A program made the translations under genes and the position numbers. DNA of 64,000 nt. Origin: Octopus bimaculoides (Eukaryota). How positions within the stretch are numbered: the first letter of the stretch is position 1; every line of letters begins with the position of its first letter. The stretch is taken from contig NC_068989.1 in assembly GCF_001194135.2 (NCBI RefSeq), positions 28,834,121 to 28,898,120 on the forward strand, in the 5' to 3' direction. The notes beneath the pieces were generated by a model that did not search any database, was not told the DNA's origin, and saw only the letters and a program-made list of their open reading frames with translations. Shown piece after piece: positions 12,100 through 25,019 of this stretch.

Positions 12100-15000
12100 A
12101 TTGTGTAAAATGGTACTTTGGGGTAAACTGAAGGGCTTCAGTTCTTATTGAAAGTCTGGTTACAATGAGAACATTATTGCACAATGAGGTATCAAGCTTG
12201 GTCAGTTTCATAAGGTTGAATTGAGCCTTTCGACCTGACCATTTCCCACTGGATTGTATGGAGTTGTCCTACTGGCTGCTATGTCTTTATCATGGAGGAA
12301 TTATCTTAGTTCAGCTGACATGAAGGCAGTGTCACAATCAGAATAGATAAAAGAAGGGAATCCAAAAATCGAAAATAGTTGGCAGAAACAATGAATGACA
12401 TTATCTGAATGTGTGAACACAAATAGAAAGCAAGAAAATTCATTGATAACTGAGAGTAGATATTTGTTGTAATTAATGAATGGGAGTGGATCCTCGAAGT
12501 CTACACTTAATCTCTTAAATGGCTGAGTGGACTTCACAAGTTTAGCAGTCGGTGGCATAAAAATATCTAGGCTTCAGTTTGGTGCATGTGGGACATCAAG
12601 ACGTCACAGATTTTATGTCGTGTGGAAAATGGTAGATTCTTTGACCACGTGAAACGGGGCAATTATGTCATACCTGGATGGCACAAGGAATCATGGAGCT
12701 GCGTAAGGTCTAAGGAGGTAGAAGATACACAATAACCCCAAGAAAAAGCATCTGCAGTCTTGTTCTCTTTACCTGGCTGATAAACGGCATCATATTTGAA
12801 ACAAGACAGCTCAATCCTCTATTGTAGTATCCTGTCTTTCTTGACTTTATCTTTGTGCTTGTTGTTGAACATAACAGCCACAGACCATTGGATGGTCACT
12901 AACTGAAAATGAATGCCAATAAGATAGTGCTTCCATTTATGAAGAGCTTCAATGATAGCATAGGCTTCTTTTTCAACTGAGGAATGGTTCTGTTCACTGC
13001 GAGTAAGTGTTCTGGAGAAGAAGGCCATGGGTCGTCCATTCTAGTTCAAGGTGGTGGTGATAGCAATATCTGAAGCATCTATCTCTGCAACTAAGGGTAC
13101 TTGATGATCAATGGTGACTAAAGCAGTGTCTTTGAGCTCTAACTTGAGGTTTTGGAATGACTGTTTGATAACATCAGGGAGGGGAAAAGTCTTATTGTGC
13201 ACCAAGGGTGCAATTTTGTCTGAAAAATGGGAGATCCAGTGAGAAGAATGAGCAAACATCCTGATGATCCTCTCTTGTGCTTTAGCATCATGAAGAGATG
13301 GGAGCTTGCATAAGCAGTGGAAGTTTGATTACCCCTTTGAACACTTCATAACCCAGGAGTGTGATAGTCTGGGCAGCAACGACTGTTTTCTAATCATTGA
13401 AGGTGAGCCCATATGTCTTTAGACTTGTAGAAATCTTTCACAGTTCTCATCATATCCTCTTCTGTTGTACCTGCATATTATGATGTTGTCAACATAGGTA
13501 TCCTCGAGTTTTGTTTGTTTGATAAGATTATCAATAATATGTTGTAAACAAGTTATATCATTTGTGACTCTGAACAGTATATGACGGAATTGATACAAGT
13601 TCCCACATGCTTTGAATGCTGTAAATTTTTTCTCATCTTTGCATATAGGAATCTCATGATAAGTACTCTTAAGATCAAAAGTGGTGAATATCTCGTTGTG
13701 AGATATTTTCTCAGCCAGTTCATCACTGTGTTGTACAGGGTAAGCATTGATTAATTGTCTGTCTAAAATTGATTACCATTCATCTTTTGTGTGATTCATT
13801 ACTGGTGACTAAAACTTACACCTTCCATGGAGAATGAGATGGTTCAATGATTTGTTCTGATAATAGACAACTGACTTCACATGCAACTAATTTCTGATTC
13901 GGCAATGAGAGGCGCCTGGATTTAGTAGCAATAGGTTTGCAATGTTGTGAAAGTGACCCAAATAATGTAAGAGTGTCAACATGAGCTGCAGCCAAGTCAC
14001 AAAGTGAAAATGAAGGTCTGAGACCCCCGAAAGCTATGTTTAGATGTTCATGCTATTTCAAAAAATTGTGCCCAGGTAAAACATCTGAGCAAAGCTCAGG
14101 TAGAAGTGAATGCTTCAGATTGGGGTAATCACTGTCATGATAGACCAATTTGGCAAAACAGTAACCTTGTGTAATGCTTTACAAGGCCATTGAAATAGGA
14201 GTGTTTCATGGATGGATGCACCAACCATGTGAATGTACAATATGAGACGATATGTAACTATTGGAGCTTCCAGTATCAACCAGAGTATTGAGTTTCACTC
14301 CATTTATGTACACTTTAACAATGGCAGAAGACTATGATGCCGGAAGAGCTGCCAAGAATATGGCGGATAATGTGGGATTTGTGTATGAAACAAAGCATTT
14401 GTTTGTGTGAGATGATTGACATACTTGCTGGAAATGACCGACTTTGTTGCAGGCTTTACATGTTGCTTCTTGAGCTGAGTACTTGAAATGTGGGTGTTTG
14501 TTATAACCACAGAAAAAGCATTTAGATGTGGTGACCACTAAATTGATGCCATATACAGTTTTGTGTTTGGGTTGAGAAAACATGCAGGTTACGTAGCACA
14601 GGATTCATTATGGAGAATAACTGAGCATCTGTTGTCTCTAGCATCTGTGCTTGGATGAAGGCCTGATCAAGGTCTAAGTTAACTTGTTCCAATAACCATT
14701 GGAATCTGTTACTGGAATGCATACCACTTATGAAAGTATCTCTTATAGCTTCATGGAAATGTTCAGCAGCCAAAACAGCTTTGTAACCACAATCTTTCAC
14801 CAGTAATTTGAGTTTCTGGAGGTACTGATCCAAACTTTGGCCATATTCCTGCTTGCAAGTGTACAGCAGGTGACACTCATACACCACATTCTTCGGTATC
14901 ACATAAAGTGAGATGAGAATGTTGGGAGCTCTGTTGTACATGTCACAGGTAACAATATACTTGGGCCTGATATGATTGACAAACAGCTGGAACTTATCTT

Positions 15001-15369
15001 CTTCCACTGCATTGAGTGATACTAGATAGTTAGTGAATGTAAAATACCAATGTTTCCATCGTTTTCTGGGAGTAGGTAAAGCTGGGTCAACATTGAAACA
15101 TTCTGGGCATAGTGCTTTGTCCATTAGAAGGGTAAATTGTAGTAATTCTGTTTATTGAACTGGTGAGATTGTTGAATACAGATGAGTGGAAATGATTGGC
15201 CATAAATACGCTTTACTCTTCTAAGAACGTGGGTATGGTATCCATCATTAGTTGTTTTAGTCGTGAACTTAGTTGATCAGGAATCAGCCATGTTTAAATA
15301 TCATTCCAAAGCCTTGTTTTTGACTGACTGGCGAGATGATGGAAATAACTGTGAGTAGTAATAATAACA
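12100..15369 (-). mobile_element. Ty3/Gypsy LTR retrotransposon, degenerate, 3'-truncated
   Basis: gag from ATG 15124 (MDKALCPECFNVDP...) with two CCHC-like knuckles, protease LVDTGSS (about 14270), RT (13400-13800), RNase H (EKEAYAIIEAL.KW.HYL) and integrase (SVDF...TAFMS...TTPYNPVGNGQ). Putative 5' LTR 15138-15369 (TGT...ACA). Confidence 0.9.
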
Positions 15370-17446
15370 GTAATTATTACCACACATATATCTACCACAC
15401 TTCAATCATAAGATATTGATAAATTTGCCAGATTTAAAGAAAAAAAATGTTAGCGATGTCATGAACATGTTTGCTCTCATCAAATCACCAAAATTAAGCA
15501 AAGTGAAGCCTAGTTTGTACTTAGGTCACTTCTAGGGAAATCTAGGTGCTGCAAACATCCTTTATTTGTAAATGGCATAACTATGTGGTTGAGGACAGTC
15601 CCATTGTGTAGTGCCTTTCACTATAGCTCTGGGTCAGCCAAAGCCTTGTGAATGAATTTGGTAGAGAGAAACTAAAAGAAGCCCATAATATATATGTGAC
15701 TGTGTGTACCTTGTCCTGATATCAGGTGATGGTTGTAAACAAGCATCATGTTGTACAGGTGTACAGGCAATGTTGTTATTTTCCAGTTTTCTGCTGAAAA
15801 CATGACTGGCCATCAGAAATATTACCTTGCTTAGAAACAGATGAAGTTTGGCAATAGAAACCCAGCCATAGAAAATTTACTTCAACGAATTCCGTCTGAC
15901 CCATGCAAACATGGATAAGTGGATGTTTTATGATGATGATGATCATGATGTATCATCGCTGAAAACTGGATCAATCCCTTCTTCCAAACACCTGGCAATA
16001 ATGTCAGTCAATTACACTTTCAGACCCCAGACATTTCCATTTATTGCATGGTTAAAAAAATGTTTTTCAAATAGTACTTGTTCAGTGAAAGATTTTATCT
16101 GAGATTGTGTATTGAAACTGAAACAGTTATATTGTAATTTAAAATGTAATTCCATCATTATATTCACTTTTTTTTGCTTTATTTTGTAATAGTATCATTC
16201 TTATTACATATTAATAAGAGTGAAAGTAAGGTGGTAAGGTGGAAGGATTGTTAGCTTGTCAAACAAAATTTTTAGAGGCTTTTCTTCTTGTCCTTTATGT
16301 TCAAATTCCACTGAGGTTAACTTTGCTTTTTCTCCTTTCAGAGTTGATAAAATAGGCACCTGTTAGGTACTGCCCTCAAAATTACTAAAATTGTCCCAAA
16401 ATTAGAATTATTATGTGCGAAAATCTTTTGTCAGACATCTAAGAGATGGTCACTATGTCAGAATGTGAACAAAACTCTGAAAGTATGGGGTTATCAATTG
16501 ACCAATATTTATACGCCAGATTGCATTTTGTATGTTTTTCTTTCATAATTTATTTTTTATTTAACTCGCTTTGTTAAATATGTAGTGAATCATAAATAAA
16601 AACTTTACAGATTGTTCTAAATAAATAATAAAATTCCTTTAATACCAGTAATATGATATTTTACAGTCATAAAATATCAGATAAATGGCAAGAATGTTGT
16701 GATGTTCATGCTATTCTCAAGTTAAACAAAGTAGTCATAGACTGGAACTAAAAGTAGACTGCTAACTTGGGTTACTAAGACTTTATGGCTATAATTCTTG
16801 CCAATATCTCTTGGACAAACATTGTTTCCATAAAATCTGAAATCTATTAAGTATTAGATCTTTAATACATACATGGTTGGCATTAAGAAGGGCATCCAGT
16901 TACAGAAACCATGCCAAAGTAGACATTGGAGCACAATGTAGTTCTCTGATTCTGTTAAACTGCCCAATTTATATGAAAGATGGATGATAGTAGACAATGA
17001 TGGTGACATTTTATTATATAATAGGATAGTTGATGCAACACAGCCAAACTAAAGACCTGGTTAATATATTCATTAGGTGTTAATTAACAATGACTGGTTT
17101 GAACAGTTTGTTTATAACTTAAAGAAGAGTGGATTTATATTCACCAGTAACAACTAACATCTATACAAAAATCTTCCAGGACAAGACACTGCTGAGTAAA
17201 TCACTTAAGCACCCAGCAAGGCTTAAATAAGATGCCTTCATCTCATGAAAAAGCTGAAAGGACCTCTACATTTTTGTGAATCAAATGAAATTCCTAGGTA
17301 AATATGCAATGTTCTTTAGAAATAGGAATTAACAACTTATTCACGTTTATTAAAAGTTGGTATTTCACTTGTCAATGCATTTACTTTATTTCCTCATATA
17401 AAAAAACAGCAACTGATTTTAGCCTTCTAAACTAATGATATATATA

Positions 17447-18274
17447 CAGGGTGCGATGAATAAATTGTCGTCTAAATTACACAAAAATGAAAATAACACC
17501 GATATCTCATTTTAACAGATATATTTACCAAAATTATATTAAAATATCTTATTTAATAAAATCACTATTGGCTTCAACTATGGTCTTTAGATGACTTTGG
17601 AATCTCCTGCAATTCTTCTGGACAGTCATATTGTTTAAGCTGGTGAATGCTGTTGTAATCCTTGCCTTCAGTTCATCTTTGGTGTTACAAGGAGTTTTCT
17701 TGGTCTCTCGTTCAACTATGCATAGTAGTCAAGGGGGTTGCAGTCTGGGGAATTAGGTGGCCAGATGTTAGGAGTGATGTGGTCACAGAAATTGTGTGAT
17801 AGCCATGACTAGGTTCTCCTGCTAGTGTGGCATGGTGCAGAGTCTTGTTGCCAGACATAGGGTTTTCCAGCAGCTATCTTTGACCCAGGGCAGCACTACC
17901 CCCTCCAGGCACTTGATGTAGGCCTCCATATTGTGTCTGAGGTCATGTGGGAAGATGAATGGAGGCATAACATCGCCGTCACTAGTGATCACTCCAAACA
18001 CCATGATGTTGATTGCATGCTTGATTTTTATCACTCTCGGTACATATCCTCGGATTGCACTGTCCTAAGAATGACATCCAAACACTCTGAAATGTTCGTA
18101 TAGCATGTCGTTTCCAAATTTCTGGCAGAGTGAATTGCATTATGGTGGTGTTTCTCTCACAGATGGAGCCCAACTGACCCTATTATACTGTGTAGTCAAC
18201 AAAATCAAAAACAAACAATGCAAACATGTGAAACAAAAAATATAAAATGGCGATAATTTACCCATCGTACCCTG
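17447..18274 (-). mobile_element. maT (DD37D) Tc1/mariner deletion derivative
   Basis: TIRs CAGGGTGCGATGAATAAATT / AATTTACCCATCGTACCCTG with TA flanks. Minus strand reads QQDSAPCH...WPPNSPDCNPLD with 37 residues between the Asp residues. Confidence 0.9.
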
Positions 18275-18409
18275 TATATATATGTGTGTGTTTGTATATA
18301 TATATATATAGAGGATGGATGTTTTTGAAATGGCTGTTACTCAGCCCCAGGAGGAGGGACATATGTCTGACAGGTACCATTTGGTCCATGATGTCTTAGC
18401 ATCTTTTTT

Positions 18410-18790
18410 CTTTTCAGGTGAAGCCATGGCACTGTCGACAACAGAGCATTGCAAGTTTGCCTACAACAGTTATATGCAGAATAATGAGTCTGTCACAGCA
18501 GTTCAGTGTGAGTTTCAGTATCACTTCAACATTCACCGAAATCAGGCTGTTCCCACCCATAACACAATTTTATGTAGGGTGACTGCTCTTTGTACACGAG
18601 GTACAGACCCTGGAAAATGTGGAACACATCAGACAAGCTTTGATACAGAGTTTGAATTGCACTGCTTGGAAGCATTCCACTGAACTTGGCATTGGTAATT
18701 GATTGGTAAGGCATATTTTGTAGGAAGATCTGCATTTCCACCTGTACAAATTGGTCATTAACAGAGAGTATGAAAAATTCAAATTAAATG
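18410..18790 (+). mobile_element. Tc1/mariner N-terminal HTH (DUF4817-like) fragment
   Basis: Reads TEHCKFAYNSYMQNNESVTAVQCEFQYHFNIHRNQAVPTHNTIL. Confidence 0.65.
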
Positions 18791-18959
18791 AATTTGCTCA
18801 AATGTTTAATTTTTGTTCAAGGGTTAACTGCAAGAAAAGAACAGGATAAAAAATTAACTCTACAGGCAGTAGCTGAAGAATGCCATAGGATTATAAATTT
18901 AAGACATGATGTGGATAAAATTGAAGAAAAAGATTGAAAAAAAAAAAAATCCGAGTATG

Positions 18960-21900
18960 CGCTGATTTTTCAATGGATTAAACGAATGTTTGATGCCATA
19001 TAATTACCTGTTACCAAATGTAGAGGAAATTTTCATGAAGTTGAATGGAGGAATTTAAAAAAAAAATTGGACCTATCTGAAGCATATTTGCAGGTAAAAG
19101 TCAATGAGGAATGTTCAAAATTATTGACAATAAATACCCATAAAAGGGTTGTATAAATTTAATCGACTCCCCTTTGGTATAAAGGTAGCACTTGGTATTT
19201 TCCAACAAGTTATGGACATTATGCTTGCAGGTTCGAACTTTGCAGTAGTTTATCTTGACGACATACTCATAAAAAGTGAATCTTGGGATCAGCATACTGA
19301 GCATGTTAAAAAGGTCTTCAAAAGAATAAAGCTCAGCAAGGAAAAGTGAAAATTTTTTATACCAAGAATAAAATATCTAGGTCAAATTACTGATGAAAAT
19401 GGATGCAAACCAGACTCGTTTAGGACCAGTGCATTAAAAAAAAAGGCCCCCCCTGACAAACATTAAAATGTTACAAGCATTTTTGGGGCTCGCAAATTTC
19501 TACCAGGTATACATACCAAATATGAACAATTTAAGAGCACCCCTGAATAACTTGTTAAAAAATGATGTTAAGTGGAACTGGTCGGACAAATGCCAAAAAG
19601 CTTTTGAAAATATTTAAAATGTCTTAACATTGGAATTCTTGTTATCACATTTTGACTTGAATTTAGAAATAGTAGTGGCAGCAGATGCTAGTGAAAGTGG
19701 TATTGGAGCTGTGATTTTACACAAATATGAAGATGGTAGCCTGAAAGCAGTAGCTCATATTTCACGTTCATTATTGCTGGCTGAGAAAAGTTACAGTCAA
19801 ATAGAAAAAGAGGCATTAGCCATAATATTTGCGGAACAAAAATTCCATAAATTTATACATGGAAGAAGGCTCCATCTGCAGACAGACCACCGCTCATTAT
19901 TGTCAATCTATCGATTAAAAAAGGGTATCCCCACACATACAGCCAACAGATTGCAGCACTGGGGAATGATCCTACTGAATTACAACTTCAAAATGGAGTA
20001 TTTGCCATCAGAAAAATTGGGACATGCAGATGGTTTGTCAACATTAATACCAAAATACAGTGAACCACTAGAAGACACAGTGATAGCGGTGTTAAAAGCC
20101 GAAAATGAAATGAAAAATATATTGCATAATGTTGTGTGTGAATTACTTGTGACATTAGAGGAAATAAAAATTAAGGCAGAGACGGACAAGTTTATCATAA
20201 AAATGACAAAAATAGTGAGATCAGAAGAAACAAATAAAAGATACATGTGGCTGGATGTAACACAGTTTCGAATTTGTATTTGATATGTGATAATGTGCTT
20301 ATGTATGCACAGAAGCCTACCTTACTATGTATGCCTACCTCACTTCAAGGTTGAATGTTAAAGGAATTCCACACTGGACATCCAGGAATTTCTAGAACAA
20401 AGTTGCTTATGAAGAGTTGTTCACTGGTCAAAAATGGATCTAGATATTAAGAAGTTGGTAAAATCCTGCAGAGGTTGTGCTCTTGCAGTGAAATCACCAC
20501 CTATAAAATTTCAACCTTGGCCCAAGACCGATATTCCATGGTCCAGACTACACATAGATTTCACAGGACTGTTAAACCAATCATATTATCTAATAGTAGT
20601 AGATAGCTTTTCAAAATGGCCAGAAATGTGTAAATGTAGAAAACCGACATCCACGGTTACAGTGGAATTTCTACACAAACTTTTTGCTAGGTACGGTGTC
20701 CCAGTTACCATAGTCTTTGATAATGGTACACAATTTACGGTGAATGAATTTAAGAACTTTTGCAAGATGTACTCAACTGAACATAGTTTTAAGACCATTT
20801 GCAATGATCTGCTTGAAAAATGTAAAGCTGAAAACTACAGAAACTTTGCAGATGAATTAATTTGATCATATCAAATGCTAGGTTGTAATATGTCTTTAAA
20901 AGTTCATTTTTTACATTCGCATCTTGATTTTCCCCGGAGAATGCTGCAGATGTTAGCGATGAGCATAGAGAAAGATTCTATCAAGACATTTGCCAAAATT
21001 GGAAATAGATATAAAGGAAAATGGAGTCCTTCAGTGCTTGTAGATTTCTGCTGGAATCTCCAATGTGATTTTTATATCCTAGATCAACGTTGGATATATA
21101 ATTTAACTCTTCTGTATCACCCAAGATCAAACAGGCAAGCGGAAAGGTTCATGGATACATTTAAAAGAGCATTAAGAAATCAAGAAATGAGCTAATTGAT
21201 GTCGCAGCATTGACACAATTCCTGAGGGTTTATAGGACAACACCAAACTCAAACACTTTTTCAGGCAAGCCACCTATGGAATTAATGTTTGCTTAAAAGA
21301 TAAAGTCAAATTTTGACAAGCTGCTACCAGTAAGAAAAACAAATAGGGAAAACACTAAAAATACAACAAAGCATTTTAATATCAGTGACAAGGTGTTTTT
21401 CAAAATATATAAAAATAGAAGACAAGGTTACGAAGATGGAGTAGTAACAAAAAGAAAAGGCAAAATGACATATATGATAAGAAGTAAAAAATGGGAACAC
21501 AAAAGACATTTAAACCAGCTAAAAAATAGATATACAGAAAAAAGAAAATAAATACACATGGAAGTGTTGTATGATACTTTTGATGCCCCAACACCACAAG
21601 AAAACGAACCTAGTTGTAGCAGCACAAGAAAGAGAAAACAAACAGAACAGTTGGAAGCAGTGCCTAAACGGAAGAAATATCAAACTTCCCTAGGAGGAAA
21701 ATCTTAAAAAGGGAGATGTGATGAAAGAAAAATAAATAAATAAAAATAATAATATTAACTTCCAATGGAAGTCAATCTCAAAGGGGGAGATGTGGCAAGA
21801 GTCATTGACACCCCTGAGGGATTGGAGCAATCGTCTAGCTGAACTCTTCTAAAGAGTAGTGTATTGGTTGAGATGACAGGTCAGTAGAGCTTGTAAGAGT

Positions 21901-22231
21901 TGGTGTGTTAGTTTCGTGTTGAACTCTCACTGAACCTGATGTGTTAGTGCGAACTGAACTCGCACCGAACCCATAAGCTGCTGTAATGATAGTTGTTCAA
22001 ATTACTGTGTTGGTCCCGTTGCTAGAATGCAGTAGGGGTTTGATTCCCCTGCTCACAATATATCAGATACAGCTGTGCAGTGTTAACCAGCTAGAGAAGA
22101 TGTCTTCTTGGGGTTAAAAAATTGTACTAAAGTCTGTTCGGGCGAAAACAAGAGTGCTTAGTATAATGAAAAACAAGTGTTAACAAGAGTGCTGTGTGCA
22201 ACAAACAATACTACCTATGAGTCGGGCAACA
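18960..22231 (+). mobile_element. Ty3/Gypsy pol relic with PPT and 3' LTR
   Basis: RT (RLPFGIK..LGIFQ..MD..L......VYLDDILI), RNase H (ADASESGIGAV...YSQIEKEALAIIF...TDH), integrase (PWSRLHIDF...VVDSFSKWPE...FDNGTQF...YHPRSN.QAERF). Purine tract AAGGGGGAGA, then TGTGGC at 21791; LTR ends near GGGCAACA at 22231. Confidence 0.9.
20782..21107 (+). repeat. Inverted copy of Chapaev segment 22237-22564 inserted into the Gypsy integrase
   Basis: Matches the reverse complement of 22237-22564. Removing 20786-21103 restores in-frame TEHITLLYHPRSNRQAERF. Confidence 0.9.
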
Positions 22232-22236
22232 ATTAC

Positions 22237-24097
22237 GTTAAATTATATATCCAACATTGGTCTAGAGTATAAAAATCACATTGGAGATTCCAGTGGAAAT
22301 CTGCAAGCATTGAAAGACTCCATTTTCCTTTATATCTATTTTCAATTTTAGAAATATCTTGATGGAATCTTTCTCCATGCTAGTCACTAACATCTGCAGC
22401 ATTCTCTAGGAAAAAAAATCAAGATGTGAATGTGAAGAATGGACTTTTAAAAACATATTACAATCTAGCATTTGATATGATCGAATTAATTCGTCTGCAA
22501 CGGTTCTGTAGTTTTCAGCTTTACATTTTTCAAGCAGACCATTGCAAATGGTCTTAAAACTATGCCAAGCATTTAACTCTAATGCACTCATAGTTGAATC
22601 AAAATCACTGCCAACCATAAGTTGACAAATTTGCAGTCCAACAAAGATGCTTTCCTTTACTTTAATGTCACTTAACTTAGAAAACTTGCCTTTTAGATAC
22701 TGAAATACTGGCTGATCATGTTTTAGAGCTTTAACAAATTGCTTCATGAGATCTAAATTTAATGTGTAGTGGAGGCAACAGAAGTCTTTCTTTTTTGACA
22801 AGAGGTTCCTGAATAACATTATGTGAGCCTGGTGTTAGTACATTATGTGATGGCCATCCTGAATGGATATAGTGCTCTGCTTTTGCCCTACTATCACATT
22901 TACAAAGGAAGCACATGTATTTTGTATAGCCAATTTACAGTCCGATTAACAGCACAACTACTTTTAAGTCAGCACATGAGCCATTTGTGTTCATTGTAGT
23001 TGATTTTATTTAATATAAAAGCCAAGGTTTTATAGGTTTCCTTTAAAATTACAGTATGTGCAATGGGTAGAGATGGGAAAGTAGTGCCATTATGTAAGAG
23101 AACAGCTTTAATACTGTATAGAGATGCATCGATAAACAATCTTCATTCTTCTGGGTTGTAGACAATAGTAAGGTCTTTAAACAATCCATGAATATTGTTG
23201 CAAAAATACAAGTTGTTCTACATTGAAAAATGATACTACAAATTATCAGAACAAGCTCTAAATTTTGAAATCTATGTTGTTTTCTAGTAAATTGCCTCTT
23301 GAAGTCAAGAGACAAATAATTTACTTTGCTTTTTGTTAAACCTAGATTCTGTACTAAATTGTTTAATTCAAGCTGACTAAAAGATTTTGGCTCCGATGAT
23401 GTTTGTGCTAGTTCTAATGAGTCGTTAAATTCTGCATCTGTATCATCTGAATTGGATGGTTCAGAATGGGGAACAGTATGCATTGCTGATCTGAGGTTAG
23501 GATACACAATCGATCTTCCAATTTTCTTGGTGTAACCTGACGAAAATGTTGAATTAAAATCTTCAATATTACAGAGAATAAATTCAATGCAAATTATAAT
23601 AGTATAAGTATTATAATAATATAATACAAATAAATCAATATGTTAAAGATTTTGAAAGTTGTAATTAATACCTTTTATGTCAACTAAACAGAAGCAACAG
23701 TCTGTTGTGTGGTCTTGAGGCTCCTTTCAAACCATTCGGAACACCAAATGGTAACTGCTACTGTGTTCCATTAAGCCATCTTGACAGCAAGCTTGAACAG
23801 TTTTTACAATATATGTGAGGTGCCCAATTCTTGTCTTGGTCTCCAACTTTGTATTTGAAGTACAGGTAGTAAAGTATTTTGGTATGAATAGTGAGACTTC
23901 TCTGATGTTTTTTAATCACATAATTTCCACAAACATAACAAAACTTATCTGGAGAAGTTTTGTAAGCCTTTTAGGAATATTAGAGTTATTAAATGAATAT
24001 TTAGCCATCCGGAAAATCCTATAATAGTTCATTTTCTGATTCTATGCACAAAACTACCTCAAGAAATGAATTTCTCATCTTTGTGTAATTTTTACTG
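22237..24097 (-). mobile_element. Chapaev3-like DNA transposon, degenerate, intron-containing
   Basis: N-terminal zinc finger NSPDKFCYVCG...GDQDKNWAPH..C..C...LPFGVP..W.EP.DH..DC.FC, then YPNLRSA..VPHS, LFIDAS...KAVLL.NG, ADLKVV..L.GL..GYTKY.CFLC, and NM.LKVH..HSHLDFF...SD.HGERFHQDI. Family assignment is from memory of this motif set. Confidence 0.75.
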
Positions 24098-24589
24098 TTA
24101 TACTGTAATTAATGGTTTTTGATTTGGGCACAAGGTCAGAAATTGGGGGAAAAGAATGTTAGAAATCGACTATTGATGACTTGAAATCAGAATGTAGAAA
24201 CACAAGAAATACTGCAAAGCATTTTTTCCGATGTTCTAACTATTCTGCTGGCGAGAGGACATCTACATTCTTTTTGACTGGAGGATGGGAAAGCTTATGC
24301 AGGTCACAAACACTGCCAATCCAACCAAGATAACATTATTCTTATCTATCTATATATATATATATATATAATCCTTTGTCTCTCTGTCTGTTCCTAATGC
24401 CTTCTCAAATGGCTCAACCAAATCAAATCAAATTTTACATGGTAATAATATGAGATCCCATGAGTGTCAACATGTAATTTTTTTGGATTAAAATAGTGCA
24501 ACATTGACACTGGTTCCATAATACATGTCAAAACTCAAAGAATAAAAGTGAAACAATAACATCTATATTGTAATGTGATATATTCTTTT

Positions 24590-24768
24590 CTTTTACTTGT
24601 TTCAGTCATTTGACTGCAGCCATGCCTTTAGTCAAGCAAATCAACCCCAGGACTTATTCATTGTAAGCCTAGTACTTATTCTATAGGTCTCTTTTACTGA
24701 ACTGCTAAGTTATGGGGACGTAAACACACCAGCATCGGTTGTCAAGCGATGTTGGGGGACAAACACAG

Positions 24769-24805
<37 letters not shown>

Positions 24806-24970
24806 CGATGGGCTTCTTTTGGTTTCCATCTACCAAATCCACTCACAAAGCTTTGGTTGGCCCGAGGCTATAGTAGAAGACACTTGCCCAAGGTGTCACA
24901 CAGTGGGACTGAACTTGGAACCATGTGGTTGGTAAGCAAGCTACTTACCACACAGCCACTCCTGCGCCTA
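24590..24970 (-). mobile_element. Full-length tRNA-derived SINE with internal (CA)/(TA) tract
   Basis: The minus-strand head AGGCGCAGGAGTGGCTGTGTGGTAAGTAGCTTGC...GGTTCCAAGTTCAGTCCC has A-box and B-box-like motifs. Tail AATGACTGAAACAAGTAAAAG. Confidence 0.85.
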
Positions 24971-25019
24971 TATTGCTTCACTTTTATACTTTTACTTTTA
25001 ATTCTAACCACGATGACGA

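Noticed and set aside
22251-22270. CCAACA-TTGG as an LTR end plus PBS
   Set aside because: This sequence lies within the Chapaev-side segment that was duplicated to 21.1 kb. The LTR more plausibly ends at 22231.
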